From: an uncultured Verrucomicrobiae bacterium | GTDB taxonomy: Bacteria; Verrucomicrobiota; Verrucomicrobiia; Limisphaerales; Palsa-1400 | NCBI GenBank assembly: GCA_963707025.1 | Contig: CAVPOM010000012.1 | Span: 256,001 to 320,000 of the forward strand | Direction of reading: 5' to 3' | Length of the DNA stretch: 64,000 nt | In this document: positions 28,408 through 39,722 of the stretch, piece after piece | How positions within the stretch are numbered: position 1 is the stretch's first letter | Layout: every line of letters begins with the position of its first letter | The notes under the pieces: generated by a model | The model's database searches: none | Seen by the model: the letters and a program-made list of their open reading frames with translations, nothing else | What the model was told of the DNA's origin: nothing | Position numbers and translations under genes: made by a program

Positions 28408-29526
28408 TCAGGCCCACGAATTTTTCGCCAGCAGTTTAAGCACGCGCTCGGCGTGCAGGCGGACAGAGCCGATATCTTTGATGCGCGCGCGGGCTTTACC
28501 CCCAACCTGCTTTGCCAGATTCTCATCACACAGCAGTTTTATCACCTTTCCAGCCAATAGCGGAATGTCATGCTTATCCGCCAAAAAACCATAATCCTCG
28601 GAATCGAGAGCCTCCTTCAGTCCGCCATGCAGCACCGAGGCCACCACCGGCACACCATAGGACATGGCCTCGAGAGGTGTGCGCCCCATGGCATCCCAGT
28701 CGGAGTTGAATACCATAACGTCAAGAGCCCGGAAAAATACTTCAAGATCTTTTTCCCATCCCAACCAGACTACTCGTTCCTGGATTCCTAACTCCGTTGC
28801 AAGCCGGACGAGATTACCCCGCTCGGGACCATCGCCTGCTATAAGGAAGCGCGCCTGTGGAACAGCCGCCGCCACTTTGGCGGCGACGTTCAAGAATACA
28901 TCCCAGCGCTTGCGCGCGATCAGCCAACCGGCATTGCCAACGACTTTGTGTGCTTGAGCCAGACCAAGTTGCCGCCGGGCATTCTCACGTTGCTTTCCTT
29001 CAATCTGTGATGGCAAGGTGAAAGGATATGGAATGGGATAAGATATGGTGCGACTTGAATTGACAAGCTTGGGAGCGGTCCTCAATGCCTCGTCCATGAT
29101 GAAACGCGAGGGATAAATGATGCATTTGAAACGCCACATGGCCACCCGGTAAATCAGCCGCCAGCCCACAGCGGATATAACCCCTTCATGATGGTAATGG
29201 AGGGAAAGGATGCGATTGGGGCGGCAAAAATCGCCCAGGGCCAGCATCGCCATCAGGTTGTGTCCCACCATGATAAGCGCATCGGCTTGTTTGGTGCGCA
29301 AGATGTGCCGGAGCGGAAGAAAACTGCGCCAACCCCATTTTCCGCGATACCCAACGGCGGAAGCCGGAATGCCGTGCCTTTGTAGCGCCTGCCCAAGTGG
29401 TCCCATCTCGTTCAAAGAAAGCAACTCGACCTCATGCCCAATCTGCTTCAACTCAGCCATAAGAAGCAGGGTGGATTGCTCCATACCGCCCAAATTGGCG
29501 CATTGCATGATGAAGAGGATCTTCAT
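28408..29526 (-). CDS. GT4 glycosyltransferase
   Basis: MKILFIMQCANLGGME, IAGDGPE, DAMGRTPLEAMSYGVPVV. Confidence 0.92.
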   Translation of the reverse strand: MKILFIMQCANLGGMEQSTLLLMAELKQIGHEVELLSLNEMGPLGQALQRHGIPASAVGYRGKWGWRSFLPLRHILRTKQADALIMVGHNLMAMLALGDFCRPNRILSLHYHHEGVISAVGWRLIYRVAMWRFKCIIYPSRFIMDEALRTAPKLVNSSRTISYPIPYPFTLPSQIEGKQRENARRQLGLAQAHKVVGNAGWLIARKRWDVFLNVAAKVAAAVPQARFLIAGDGPERGNLVRLATELGIQERVVWLGWEKDLEVFFRALDVMVFNSDWDAMGRTPLEAMSYGVPVVASVLHGGLKEALDSEDYGFLADKHDIPLLAGKVIKLLCDENLAKQVGGKARARIKDIGSVRLHAERVLKLLAKNSWA

Positions 29527-29867
29527 CGGGAAACGTCGGATTCCACAGCTCGATGTCGCTTCCAGGATTGACCCGGCCCGGTGGAGCCCAAGCAAGGGTG
29601 GTCCGCTTTACCAGACGCTCCCATGCACAAGACCCCGGCCATCGAACACCATGAAGTCATTGCGTAGTGAAGGGCAGTCAGCGATTTGCCGTTCCAAAGC
29701 AGCCGCTTTGCGGGTTGCAAAATACATTGCCCGAACCATTCCCCTGACGGGAAAAGGGGGCTTTGCACCAACTCGAAGTGCATTAAATTACATCCGGCAG
29801 AGCCCCGATCCCTGCCCATAACGGGCTCCCCATCATCCACGCAGACCACGGTGGCGCCTGCGTTCGA

Positions 29868-31598
29868 TCACGGCGCATTGGTCACAACGTGAACATCAGT
29901 TGGCGGTTGCAGCATCGAGCCGGCATAGGCCTGCCCCACCAAAGATGCCGCCGTGTTGGGATACCAACTGTTCACAAGGATAATATTGCCTGCCCGCATG
30001 CTGGACGGCAGCAATGCCATGTTCGTGTATGGCGGATCAATCTTGATCACCCCAACTGCATTCGGATATATGGAGAGTATATTCGCAGGCACGAAATAGC
30101 CGGTAAATTGCGGCTGTAAAAATGGAGCCGACATGGCGAACATTTTGGTTCCCTGGCCGAGGGTAACCTGGAAGGCGCACTCGGGCGCAAGCAATATTCC
30201 CGGGTAAGCCTGTAGAATGTTTGTCAGCGCAGAGACTGCCCTTGGCCCATACTGATCTAACGCCCCGTACGAGTCCATATAAAACATGGTACAGCCCCAG
30301 TGGTTGTTGGCATATTGAATTTTGTTGAGCAACCCCGGCCAGTAAGATTCTTCCGTTACTGGAGCGCCGATGTTCGTCTGAACCCAGCCGTTGGTGTAAT
30401 AATATTCTTTCTGTCCATAGGGAGCATCAACATTGATGAACACGTTGCCATTTGTGCCATCCGGAAAGCTCGTTCCCGCCCCGAATGTGTGCGGTCTAAG
30501 AGTCACCCCGACACGCAGCCCGGCAGAGGTGTATTTTGCGAAGAATTCATCGGCCACTGCGTCCATTTCCGGGGCTAAAACAGAAACCTTTCTGGGATCG
30601 CCAACATAGGTTAATCCCTCTATTTCATCGCCCTCAACGTCCCAGATAATAACCCCCTGGGCATTCATATTCGTCAAAATGGCAATCTCTTGATTTGCCC
30701 TGGCCAGAAGAGCCGTGCGAAATGCCGCTACGCCGTTGCTCGTGCTGTAGTCTGGACCGTTTGCGGCAAACCAGCCTCTCGGATTGTTGGTGGTTGAGAA
30801 TGAAGCGTTGCCCAAAACATCCATGCCTATGGGTCTCCGATCCGCCCAATTAAATGTGAAGGGGGGATTTTGCTCCAGTTCTATTATGGCCCAGCGGCTG
30901 TCGAGATAATTGAATATCGCTGACTCGTTGGTGCTTTGGTCACCGTTGCAAATGAGAAGCTCGCCCAGATAGACGTTTGCCAAGCTATAGGCATTCTCAG
31001 CTTGCCCGCCCATTTCAAGAGTATTAATGCTGTTCGTTCCCGGGTTGCCGGTGACGGCAATGTCCGTTCCTCCGTCAATTCGATATTTTGAGTTCGCTCC
31101 ATTCAATACAAGCATCATTATGTGCCAACTCGGATCGATCCGGAATGCGCTGCCGCCAATGCCGGCGTATATGGTAAAATAACCGCTTCCGTTGCCCATG
31201 CTCCATGCAGTCTCGCCGCGAATGCTGCCGATGAAATCGTTTATAAAGGTGTTTTCCGGACCAATGTAGCTGTAAACCAGGAAAATGGTCACCGGTTGAG
31301 CCGCAGCATGAGGAAACGGGGCCCCATTGGTCAAAAAGCCTGAAACGCCGTCGAAAAGCACCGCTGGCAACCCATTTTGCTGACCGGTCTGAAAGGTAGG
31401 CTGGTTACTGCTTACAGTTTGTCCAACTGAGGCGTTGATCGTTCCACCGGAGGGACTCCAGATTGAAACTGGCGCATTGTTCCTCAAACCCAGCGCATCC
31501 GCTTTATACCAGACATACAAGTTGGTGTCTGTGCCCGGGGAATACGTTTGGCAACAGCAGGAATAACAGCAAATAACACCAAAAACCCAGAATTTCAT
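29868..31598 (-). CDS. Secreted LamG/ConA-like domain + uncharacterised glycoside-hydrolase-like domain protein
   Basis: WYKADAL...QNGLPAVLFDG...YLDSRW (LamG-like); C-terminal GVIIWDVEG, GLRVGVTLRP, WGCTMFYMDS. Start taken at ATG 31598. Confidence 0.6.
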   Translation of the reverse strand: MKFWVFGVICCYSCCCQTYSPGTDTNLYVWYKADALGLRNNAPVSIWSPSGGTINASVGQTVSSNQPTFQTGQQNGLPAVLFDGVSGFLTNGAPFPHAAAQPVTIFLVYSYIGPENTFINDFIGSIRGETAWSMGNGSGYFTIYAGIGGSAFRIDPSWHIMMLVLNGANSKYRIDGGTDIAVTGNPGTNSINTLEMGGQAENAYSLANVYLGELLICNGDQSTNESAIFNYLDSRWAIIELEQNPPFTFNWADRRPIGMDVLGNASFSTTNNPRGWFAANGPDYSTSNGVAAFRTALLARANQEIAILTNMNAQGVIIWDVEGDEIEGLTYVGDPRKVSVLAPEMDAVADEFFAKYTSAGLRVGVTLRPHTFGAGTSFPDGTNGNVFINVDAPYGQKEYYYTNGWVQTNIGAPVTEESYWPGLLNKIQYANNHWGCTMFYMDSYGALDQYGPRAVSALTNILQAYPGILLAPECAFQVTLGQGTKMFAMSAPFLQPQFTGYFVPANILSIYPNAVGVIKIDPPYTNMALLPSSMRAGNIILVNSWYPNTAASLVGQAYAGSMLQPPTDVHVVTNAP

Positions 31599-31721
31599 GT
31601 ATATCCTCAAAACTACGCCCATCAGTTTTGCCGGATGATGAGATTCAGATAAACGCCCTAAAGGGTAAAAGCTCACATTCTTACCGTCTTGGATTTGCAT
31701 TTTAATTTCTTAGAGCATAAT

Positions 31722-33250
31722 CTACGCCTCGTTTTTGACGCCAATATGCGTTTCCGACCGCTGACTCTGCCTGTTCCATGCCAAGCGGCTCCACAATTGG
31801 CGTTCAGGCAACCGACGCCACAGCCGCTTCCTGCCGACTCGTGAAGCGAGGATCCAGAGCCTTGTCTCGGATCGTGGAAGCCGGGCCGAAAACTTCCGCA
31901 CGCCACGGCCTGTTCCGACGTCGTGCCATGCCGGATATCTGGCCCCGACCCGGAAGCTCGTGCCGTTGGAAGCAGGTGCGGCAGAAATAATGTCTCTTTT
32001 TCCCTCTCCTGGTCGGACCCGGGCGTAGATTAATGTGGGGCCGAGGAAGAGGCCGGCCTGCACCCAAGGCGTCAGGGCATGATCGGTGGTGTGAGTGATT
32101 GCCAGCAAAGAGTCCACCGTCAGCAACGCACAGCCAAGCTGCCAAACCGGCGCTCCACGAACAGCCGATTCATAAAATCTCCGCATGAAGTACCCGATAA
32201 CAAAGAATTCAAGACAGCCGAAGTACCAAAATGAGGCAAAAGCGTCGGTTATACCACCCGTTGTAGTACCCAGGGCAGCTTCATACCCGGACGCCCGCTC
32301 AGCGTTTGCGCCAAGGTGGAGCAAGCCTCCTAATGACATTAGATTCTCCTTCGCAGACCTGCCGAAAATCTGCGCCGGAAAATTCCGAAATATCAATTGA
32401 TTCCACTGGAACAATCCGAAGTCGTAAGCTCCCAAAGTTTCCGTTGCCGCAATGTAGTAAACCGCGTTTCGCATCTCCGTCCCTTTGTCCGTGACCTCCT
32501 TCATCTGTTCTAATTCCGACAGATTCGCCCCTTTGCCGCCACCGAACAAGCTGGCATCATGCATCGCAGACCTATAAACGGAGATGTTGTAAGAGACAAA
32601 GGCTCCGCCTAAAATTGCGCAGACGACAACAGCCCTTGGGGGAACCCTTTTCCAAATAAACCATGCCAGCGTTCCTATGATGAGTCCAAACTGCATGCCG
32701 GTTCCCTTCGGCTGGCGAAAACTATGCTGTGAAAGTAGCTTAATGCGCCTATGCCAGCGACTGCCAAAATCCACCATGAGAAACGCCGAAGAATCAGAAG
32801 AACCGAAAGCGCGAAGCCAAAATTGATGGATTGCGCAAAAAACACATACATAACCGGCGTCCCTGTCCACGCACCGCTTTGCAGGAGTTCCTCTGGAATT
32901 TGAGAAAGTTTATACTGGAACACCAAGCCAATTACTGTCATAACAAAAGCCGCGCGAATGAGCCGGTCACGGTCGAAACTCCAGTTGAGTTTCTGAATCG
33001 GCCGAGCTCCCTTTTCATAACCGAAATAGCACATCCCGCTGCACAAGATCGTCATGACGAGCGCCTTGTTTAACATGGCGTCAGCCACAACGGCGGAAGC
33101 ATGAAGCTCATAGAATTGCGGCCAAGCCCAGAGCGCGAAAACACAGCCGGCCAGAAACGGGAACTGGTAAACGCGCGACGGCCTCCACAGCCCCCATAGA
33201 ATCAGCAGGCTGAGTTCGCCGATTAGGAGATACAACAGGATATCAGTCAT
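31722..33250 (-). CDS. Wzy-like polysaccharide polymerase, frameshift near 32710
   Basis: Polytopic membrane protein with a large periplasmic loop (GTTTGGITDAFASFWYFG), in a wzx/wzc locus; split over two ORFs. Confidence 0.7.
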
Positions 33251-33312
33251 GGTCGGCGGCCTTCTTCCTTGGGGACGCCACAAAGCTTTCATTCCGATTA
33301 TAACATGAGGGT

Positions 33313-34482
33313 TTAACAGGCGGAGCCTCTTGAAGTTGTGCGTTGGATCCCCATGCAAAGCCGGTCTATGCAGCTCTCCCAAGAGTAATGCCTTGCCCTG
33401 TCCCGCCCTTTAGCTGCCAGATGATGTCGAAGTTCCTTGTTCGCTTGAAGCCGGCCGATTTCCTCGATAATTTGTCCAGTGTCCGCTGGATTTACCAGGA
33501 TGCCAGAACCACCAAGGGTTTCTGGTATGGCACTGCTATTTGCGGCTATAACCGGCAAACCCGCTGCCATCGCTTCGACCAAGGGTATCCCAAATCCTTC
33601 GAGCCGTGACAAACATAACAGGGCCACTGCCTTTTGGTAATATGCAATCAATTCTCGCCGTGAGACATAACCCAACAAGACTACGTTGGCGAGACCGCGA
33701 GCCTCGGAGATGTACCTGGGATCTCCGTATAGCCCGGAAGTGCAAACGATCCGAATTGGAGACCCACGTCGCCTTAGCGCCTTCGCCAAGTCTAAAAGAT
33801 AATCACTTCCCTTTCGGATTTCCATAGCTCCGGTGCAAACCAAATATGGGGAGAAATCCGGGACCGGCGAATCGCAACAGTGATTGGCTCGGATGTCGAA
33901 ACAGTCTTCAGTTACACCGCCTCCAACGACCTGAATCGTTTCAGATGGAATGGCAAACGTGTTTATCACTTGCATTTTCGTGAAGGTAGATTGAGCCACG
34001 ATCAAATCTGCAGTTTGCAGGGCTTTGCGCAATCGGAAGTCCCGACGCCATTGCCTAAACGCCCTGCCCGAAAGCGCAGAGGTGGTGGCCCTTGGTTCCA
34101 GATGATGAACGGTGACGATACGTTTGCACCGTCGCGCCGGAACGTAGGTTTCCATTGAACAATATACCCAGCAATCGGACGGTATAAAGCGGTCTATCTC
34201 CGGAAGATCCATCCCCAGCCACAACGCTTCTCTCACAAGACGTTTCCAGGGGAGAGGCACCACCGGAATGCCTTCCAGCCCCAGTTCTGAAGGCATTGTC
34301 CCATCAGGTTCCAGCTCATCCGCCGAAGCAAGAAGACGCAACTCCACCGCTGATGTCCTCGCCAGAACTTTGACCATGTTTAGCGCGACCATTGAAACGC
34401 CGGTTGGCCTCCGCCACCCCGAAGGATAGATATAGGCGGCAATTTTGATTCTTGAACCCACGAATGCAGGAAGTTTTGTCAA
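33313..34482 (-). CDS. GT4 glycosyltransferase
   Basis: TGAMEIRKG, LGYVS, EGFGIPLVEAMAAGLPV. Confidence 0.92.
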   Translation of the reverse strand: MTKLPAFVGSRIKIAAYIYPSGWRRPTGVSMVALNMVKVLARTSAVELRLLASADELEPDGTMPSELGLEGIPVVPLPWKRLVREALWLGMDLPEIDRFIPSDCWVYCSMETYVPARRCKRIVTVHHLEPRATTSALSGRAFRQWRRDFRLRKALQTADLIVAQSTFTKMQVINTFAIPSETIQVVGGGVTEDCFDIRANHCCDSPVPDFSPYLVCTGAMEIRKGSDYLLDLAKALRRRGSPIRIVCTSGLYGDPRYISEARGLANVVLLGYVSRRELIAYYQKAVALLCLSRLEGFGIPLVEAMAAGLPVIAANSSAIPETLGGSGILVNPADTGQIIEEIGRLQANKELRHHLAAKGRDRARHYSWESCIDRLCMGIQRTTSRGSAC

Positions 34483-35337
34483 GCTCGCAGCAAAAGCACA
34501 TTCCCCAAGGTGATGGCGGAGAATTCAAGGCATGACATTGGGGGGCCTACGGTGCCGTCCTGCGCCAAGGAGAACGGATGGTATCCCAAAACCAGGATTT
34601 TGTCGTAGAGGCCGGTTGTGCTAAAGCCTGCCTCGATGAGGTTTAGCGGACATACTTCAATCAAGATTGAATGGACAAGCTTGCTCGTAAGAAGCCGCAC
34701 CGCACCCTCCAGAACATTCGGCTCCATCCCTTCGACGTTGATTTTCAAGAAATCTATCCCGGTGATTCCATGCTTCTCACAATAGGAATCAAGGGATACC
34801 GTCTGAACCTGTTGAAATGAGACATCCGCCCGGTTACTGCCGCAGCTCTGTTGGGAGTGAATCCTATTTGTGCCTGGTGAGCGCGGATCGGACTTGAACA
34901 TCACCAACCCGGAGCCTTTGCCCACCGCCAGACAATTCAGAACACACCGCTCCGAAAGTGAGTTTGACACAACATTCCTTTTTAACCGAGAGTAAGTCTC
35001 TGGAATGGGCTCAAAGCTGTGAACCTGCACATTGCCAACGGACGCGAGATAGCAACTGAAAATTCCAATGTTTGCCCCGATATCAAACGCAACGCCTTGT
35101 GCGCCATCGCGAAGCAATGCTTGGCGCGCAAAGATTTGTTCGCTTCCCAAGATGCCGCTGTAGGTGGTATAGGTGTGATATTCGGAGAAATTGATCCATT
35201 CCCCGATGCGGACACCGGGGGCGATTTTGGTGTCGTGGAGACGCTCCCCGCGCTCGTGAAGCAAGCCAGACCATGTATGGTCGCAGCATCAATGGGTTCC
35301 TCAGGAGGGTCCGGGTATTGCTGATAATACTGGCCAT
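34479..35337 (-). CDS. FkbM-family methyltransferase, frameshift near 35230
   Basis: FDIGANIG, SFEP, SLDSY, FLKINVEGME; N-terminus lies in ORF 35083..35337. Confidence 0.88.
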
Positions 35338-35482
35338 AAGCTTGAATTGATTTTGAGACCGGGCGCCTCGTCAGTATGCAGAATTGATGTGTGATCCCCT
35401 TCGCAGTGCCGCGATGTGACTCGTGGACCCCAACAAGACTCAAGTTTGCCCAATATTGGGATCATTACACATTGCCCAACCC

Positions 35483-36679
35483 TCAGTGCCAACAATCAGT
35501 GCGTTGCTCTAACGCAATGCCAACGCGTTGACAAAACTCATCCGCTCTGGCCCGCCATGTGTTTGCCGCGATGTAATTCCGGCGGCGTTCCAAATCCGGC
35601 GCCACTTTCAGCGCCAACGCCTCGGCCAGCAGCCAGCGGACTTCAGCTTTATCCCTGCCAATGCTGACAAAAGGCGCATGGTTGAATGCCTCGGCGATGG
35701 CGGTGCTGACAATAGGACGCTCAGTGGTCAAATAGTCATACAGCCGCAGCAAGGAACGCCTGTTATTGTGGTCGTTGACCAGCAGTGGGTTTATCAATAC
35801 ATCAAACTCTCTTAAATACGCTGGCAAATGATCATGCGGTTTGGGGCCAAGCCAGTGAACATTTGGGCGGGCGAAAACCGACGCGATGCGTTCCGATGCT
35901 GAAGTTGCTGGTTGCTTGAATCTCGGGCCAATGAATACGAAATGCGTGTTGGGAAAATGAACGCTAAGATGCTCGATCAACGCCCAGTCGTAAGCGCTGC
36001 TGTTGATCTGCCCCACACAACCCACTCTTGGCCCGGGCACGGATTGGAAATCTTTGACAGCAGCCGTCGCGCCCTCGACATTTGTATCTCCCGGCTGCCA
36101 CTGAGTTGCATTGGGCAGATAATGCACCGGTGTTGTGGCCATTCCCTTCAAATCTTCCACCAGCAGTCTTGCCACGCCAAAACCAATCGCGCAGTTACCG
36201 AGCAGCCGCCTCTCCAGGGAGATGATTTTGCTGCTATCCCAATCGTAGAATCGGTAGGGGTCGAAAGCGTAATATGCCTTTGTTACGCCCTGGAATTTCT
36301 CTGCAACCCTGGCGTACCACGGCAAGGTCAAAACAATTGCATCGGGCTGGCCAAAGCGATGAATCGCCTTTCTGATCTGCCCGCTCACCAGCCACGATGA
36401 AAACGCAAAGGCCTTGTGCCAACTGGGGATGGATACCCAGGTATCCTCCCACGATTCAGAAACCTTTTCGCTCCGGCCGGCTTTCTGCAACTGTCCGCGC
36501 CATCCCCTGGGAAATGAAAAGGCGTTGCGGACCCGAAAGCCATGAATCCTCACCTCCGGCGGCATGGCGTGGAGCAACGACCGAACCCATGAAGCCCCGG
36601 TATCCACAACAAAGAGATGGCGCCGACCGCAGCCCGAGGCGGTTTCAGCAAAGCGATGAGCGTTTTGCCTGCGCTTCAT
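35483..36679 (-). CDS. GT-B fold glycosyltransferase (TuaH/GT4-like)
   Basis: YLPNA, VGCVGQI, NVHWLGPKPH, LYDYLTTERPIVST. Confidence 0.82.
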   Translation of the reverse strand: MKRRQNAHRFAETASGCGRRHLFVVDTGASWVRSLLHAMPPEVRIHGFRVRNAFSFPRGWRGQLQKAGRSEKVSESWEDTWVSIPSWHKAFAFSSWLVSGQIRKAIHRFGQPDAIVLTLPWYARVAEKFQGVTKAYYAFDPYRFYDWDSSKIISLERRLLGNCAIGFGVARLLVEDLKGMATTPVHYLPNATQWQPGDTNVEGATAAVKDFQSVPGPRVGCVGQINSSAYDWALIEHLSVHFPNTHFVFIGPRFKQPATSASERIASVFARPNVHWLGPKPHDHLPAYLREFDVLINPLLVNDHNNRRSLLRLYDYLTTERPIVSTAIAEAFNHAPFVSIGRDKAEVRWLLAEALALKVAPDLERRRNYIAANTWRARADEFCQRVGIALEQRTDCWH

Positions 36680-38079
36680 AAGGGATCCCGCAGCCCGGAC
36701 TTATGCGAAGCCCGGACTTGTGTGTTTGACCAAATATGCCTCTGGGCAAACCCAAAAACCAAGGCTGCATTAGCGACGTAGGCCAAACAGCGGGCTGAAG
36801 TCAACCCAAGCGATCCCCACCCCAACATGGCAAAGGTGAGGCCAAAATAGAGAACTCCGTAACTAACGTAAGTCATGAACATAAACCACATGCGGCCAGA
36901 GGCGGTGATGGCCTGAAAGATGGGGCTTTGCAAGGCAAGGATTCCAGCGGTTAGCACGGTTACCACCAACGTCGGCCAACCCTCGCGAAATCCAGGCCCG
37001 TAGAAGGACATGATAAACGGACTGAAACAGGCTATGAATAACGTGACTGGGATCACAGCGATTGCATTGGCTTTAATTGCCAACACAACGATTTTCTTCC
37101 GGCTGTCGCCTCCCGCCTCGCCAACCTGCGACGAAAGCAGCGGCAAAATCACCTGCCCAAGAACAGTTGGCAGAAATGAAACGGCGTTAAACCAACTCAG
37201 TGTGACATTGAAAACACCCATCTCCGAGTAACCATGCGGGCGATTGACCAGCAACGCGCCGCACGCCCAATTCACCGGGCCGAAAATGACGTTGCAGAGC
37301 ACGCTGGGCATGCTGAATCGCCATAACACACCCCATTGCCCCGGTTGGAGTTTTGCGGAAAACGGGACGCCCGCCGCCGCTGCTTCCCGCCGGAGGGCCA
37401 AATGGCTGAACAGGCAATTGACGGCCACGCTGCCAACCAACCCCCACACCGCCCCCATTAAACCGAACCATCGGGCGCCCCCAACCATCAAAGGAAAGCT
37501 CAACAGCCCGCAGACGAGATTCACCCGCGCAATCGTTTTGAAGGCTTCAAAGCCCGCCAAAGCTCCGGTTTGCGCGCCATTTACTGACCCGATAAGTAAC
37601 AGGACGGAGCCAACCCGGATCATTCCGGTCAGGTGAGGCGCCGCCAGCGTATGCCGGGCAAACCAGGGAGCGAGGACCAACATCGCCAGCATCATGGCGG
37701 CGCCGCTCGTCCAGGAGACGGAAGCCGAAAGACTCAGCATGGCGCCCGCGCGCTGCGGATCTTTGGTCCGGTATTCGGCGACAAACTTGGTCGCGGTCAA
37801 GCCCATGCCCAGACCGGCAAACGTGCTAAAAATTCCAACCGTACTTTGGATGATCCCCAACTCACCCATGCCCACCTTGCCCAACATTCGCGCGACGCAA
37901 ATTGAAGCAACAACACTAAGCGAGCGGGAAAGCACCGTTCCAATCAGCGACCAAAATGCGCCCTTCGCCAGGCGGTAGCCCATGGGCGAGGACTTGATGC
38001 GCTCGACCAGCGGCAGGAAACGCCGTGGCGTCCACTGCGACAATCGGTCGCTTATACTTACTGTGGCATCGTCAGCCAT
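36676..38079 (-). CDS. wzx: Oligosaccharide flippase
   Basis: About 12 TM segments; LAKGAFWS, ARMLG, GLGMGLTATKFVA. Confidence 0.9.
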   Translation of the reverse strand: MADDATVSISDRLSQWTPRRFLPLVERIKSSPMGYRLAKGAFWSLIGTVLSRSLSVVASICVARMLGKVGMGELGIIQSTVGIFSTFAGLGMGLTATKFVAEYRTKDPQRAGAMLSLSASVSWTSGAAMMLAMLVLAPWFARHTLAAPHLTGMIRVGSVLLLIGSVNGAQTGALAGFEAFKTIARVNLVCGLLSFPLMVGGARWFGLMGAVWGLVGSVAVNCLFSHLALRREAAAAGVPFSAKLQPGQWGVLWRFSMPSVLCNVIFGPVNWACGALLVNRPHGYSEMGVFNVTLSWFNAVSFLPTVLGQVILPLLSSQVGEAGGDSRKKIVVLAIKANAIAVIPVTLFIACFSPFIMSFYGPGFREGWPTLVVTVLTAGILALQSPIFQAITASGRMWFMFMTYVSYGVLYFGLTFAMLGWGSLGLTSARCLAYVANAALVFGFAQRHIWSNTQVRASHKSGLRDPL

Positions 38080-38158
38080 TAATCATGCGGGCTGGAATTC
38101 CCCTGAAATCTTTGCCAGCCGAAATCGGCGGCGCCATCAGACTCGAGGAAGCCAGACA

Positions 38159-39554
38159 TCAGAGAGCAGGGTTCAGGGACCGGCGCCCGAAATGTTTTTG
38201 GATGATTTCGACGAGGCGTTTCCCATAGGCATCTACAGAATAGGCATTGACTGCCTGGCGGCAAAAGGGCGCCATTTCTTGTGACAAACCAGGATTATGC
38301 ATGAATCGCAGGATGGCGTCTGCCAGAGCTTGTGGGTCACGGGGCGGGATGATGAAGCCGGTTTTGCCTTCCTGCACAACGCGCCCGCAATTGGGGGTAA
38401 CGATTACGGGCAGGCCATGCGCCAGCGCTTCCAATTGTGTGAGCGCAAATCCATCGGAGAGCGTCGGCAGAACGAACACGTCGCTTTGCCGATACCACCG
38501 CGCCGCGCGGTCGCGGCTGACAGGCCCGTGAAAGGTCATGTTTCCTGGGACCGAAGCCACCGCTTGCGGGAGAATTCCGATCGGCCCTACTACATCAAAG
38601 TGAATTCTCTCCCGCGCCACCAATCGCGCCGCCTCCATCAAATGATGGACGCCCTTCCCGACATTTACTTGACCCAGCCACAGCACTTTCAGAGGTCGCA
38701 CGTCCTGGCTCAGTCGGCGGATATAGTTACAGGAAGAAATGCTGAAGGCTGTCTGGGAAACAGGCGGGGCCGTTTCAGCAGCCGGGGAAAGCTGAAATTC
38801 ATTTTCGTTTTCTTTTTTCCGGTTTCCGCCATCAGAATAGCGGGTTTCCGCTTTCAGCTTGTCAGCATTTGCGGCAAAGGCCAGTGGCAGGATTTCGATT
38901 TTGGATGGGTCGGCGCCATCCGCAATGATCGCCTCCCGGCTCCATTCGGAATTCACGACAATGATGTCTGCCAGCTTCCACTCACGACGGACGCGTGCCA
39001 GGTAGTCTTCGGGAAAAGTTTTGGCAGGGCCGGCTAATTCTGGATGCCGCGTCATCTCTTCCGCAACGATGCGAAGATGAGTCGGTCCCGAATCAATCTG
39101 GTCCAGCACCGTCAAGATGCCGCGTTTCTTTTCCGCCTCCAAGGCCTCCAGGCTCGCATAGGAATAGCCGAAAAAAACATCATGCGCCGGCAAATTCAAT
39201 TCTGCAAGCCGCCCGGGCAAATTCCGCATCCGTCTGCGCGTAGGCCTCGTAAGGACGCCCCCGGGCCGCCAGTTGGCGTTCACGCCATTTCCAGAGCAGG
39301 CTGCGGAATGGAAACGAGCGGACGATTTCGCGGGGAATTTCCCTGCACTCAGCCGCCCGTGCCGAAGCCGCGCGTTGTTTTCCCAAAAGATACAGCAAAC
39401 CCCGGGCGACCCCCGATTGCGGCGCATACCAGTCGGTGACCAGACCTGCCAGCATCCCATGCCGATGCAAAGCGCTGGCGGCGAGAAAGTGCTCGCGCGA
39501 ACCTTTTTGAACAACAATGACTTGCAAAGGCGGGAAAAAAGGACCGGGAACCAC
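38159..39554 (-). CDS. GT4 glycosyltransferase, frameshift near 39230
   Basis: VVQKGSREHF N-terminus; WLGQVNVGKG and LPTLSDGFALTQLEALAHGLPV. Confidence 0.87.
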
Positions 39555-39722
39555 GGACTGCGGACATTTTTAAAAACTGAAGGCTAAAACACTGAAATCC
39601 GAAATCCACCTCAGGACCAAAACCGGAGATTTGGAAAACGGCAAGCGGGAAACAACAACTTGAAAGCGAAAAGCCGATATCAGTTTTGCTTTCGCATTTT
39701 CTGCTTTCTGCTTTTCCCCATG

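Noticed and set aside
29523..29849. 108-aa ORF between the LamG/GH-like gene and a GT4
   Set aside because: No recognisable motif in the frames read; may be a remnant or spacer, so no call can be supported.
34730..34750. FkbM KIDVEG -> KINVEG as an inactivating change
   Set aside because: A single-base difference in an error-rich contig with the other motifs intact; insufficient evidence.
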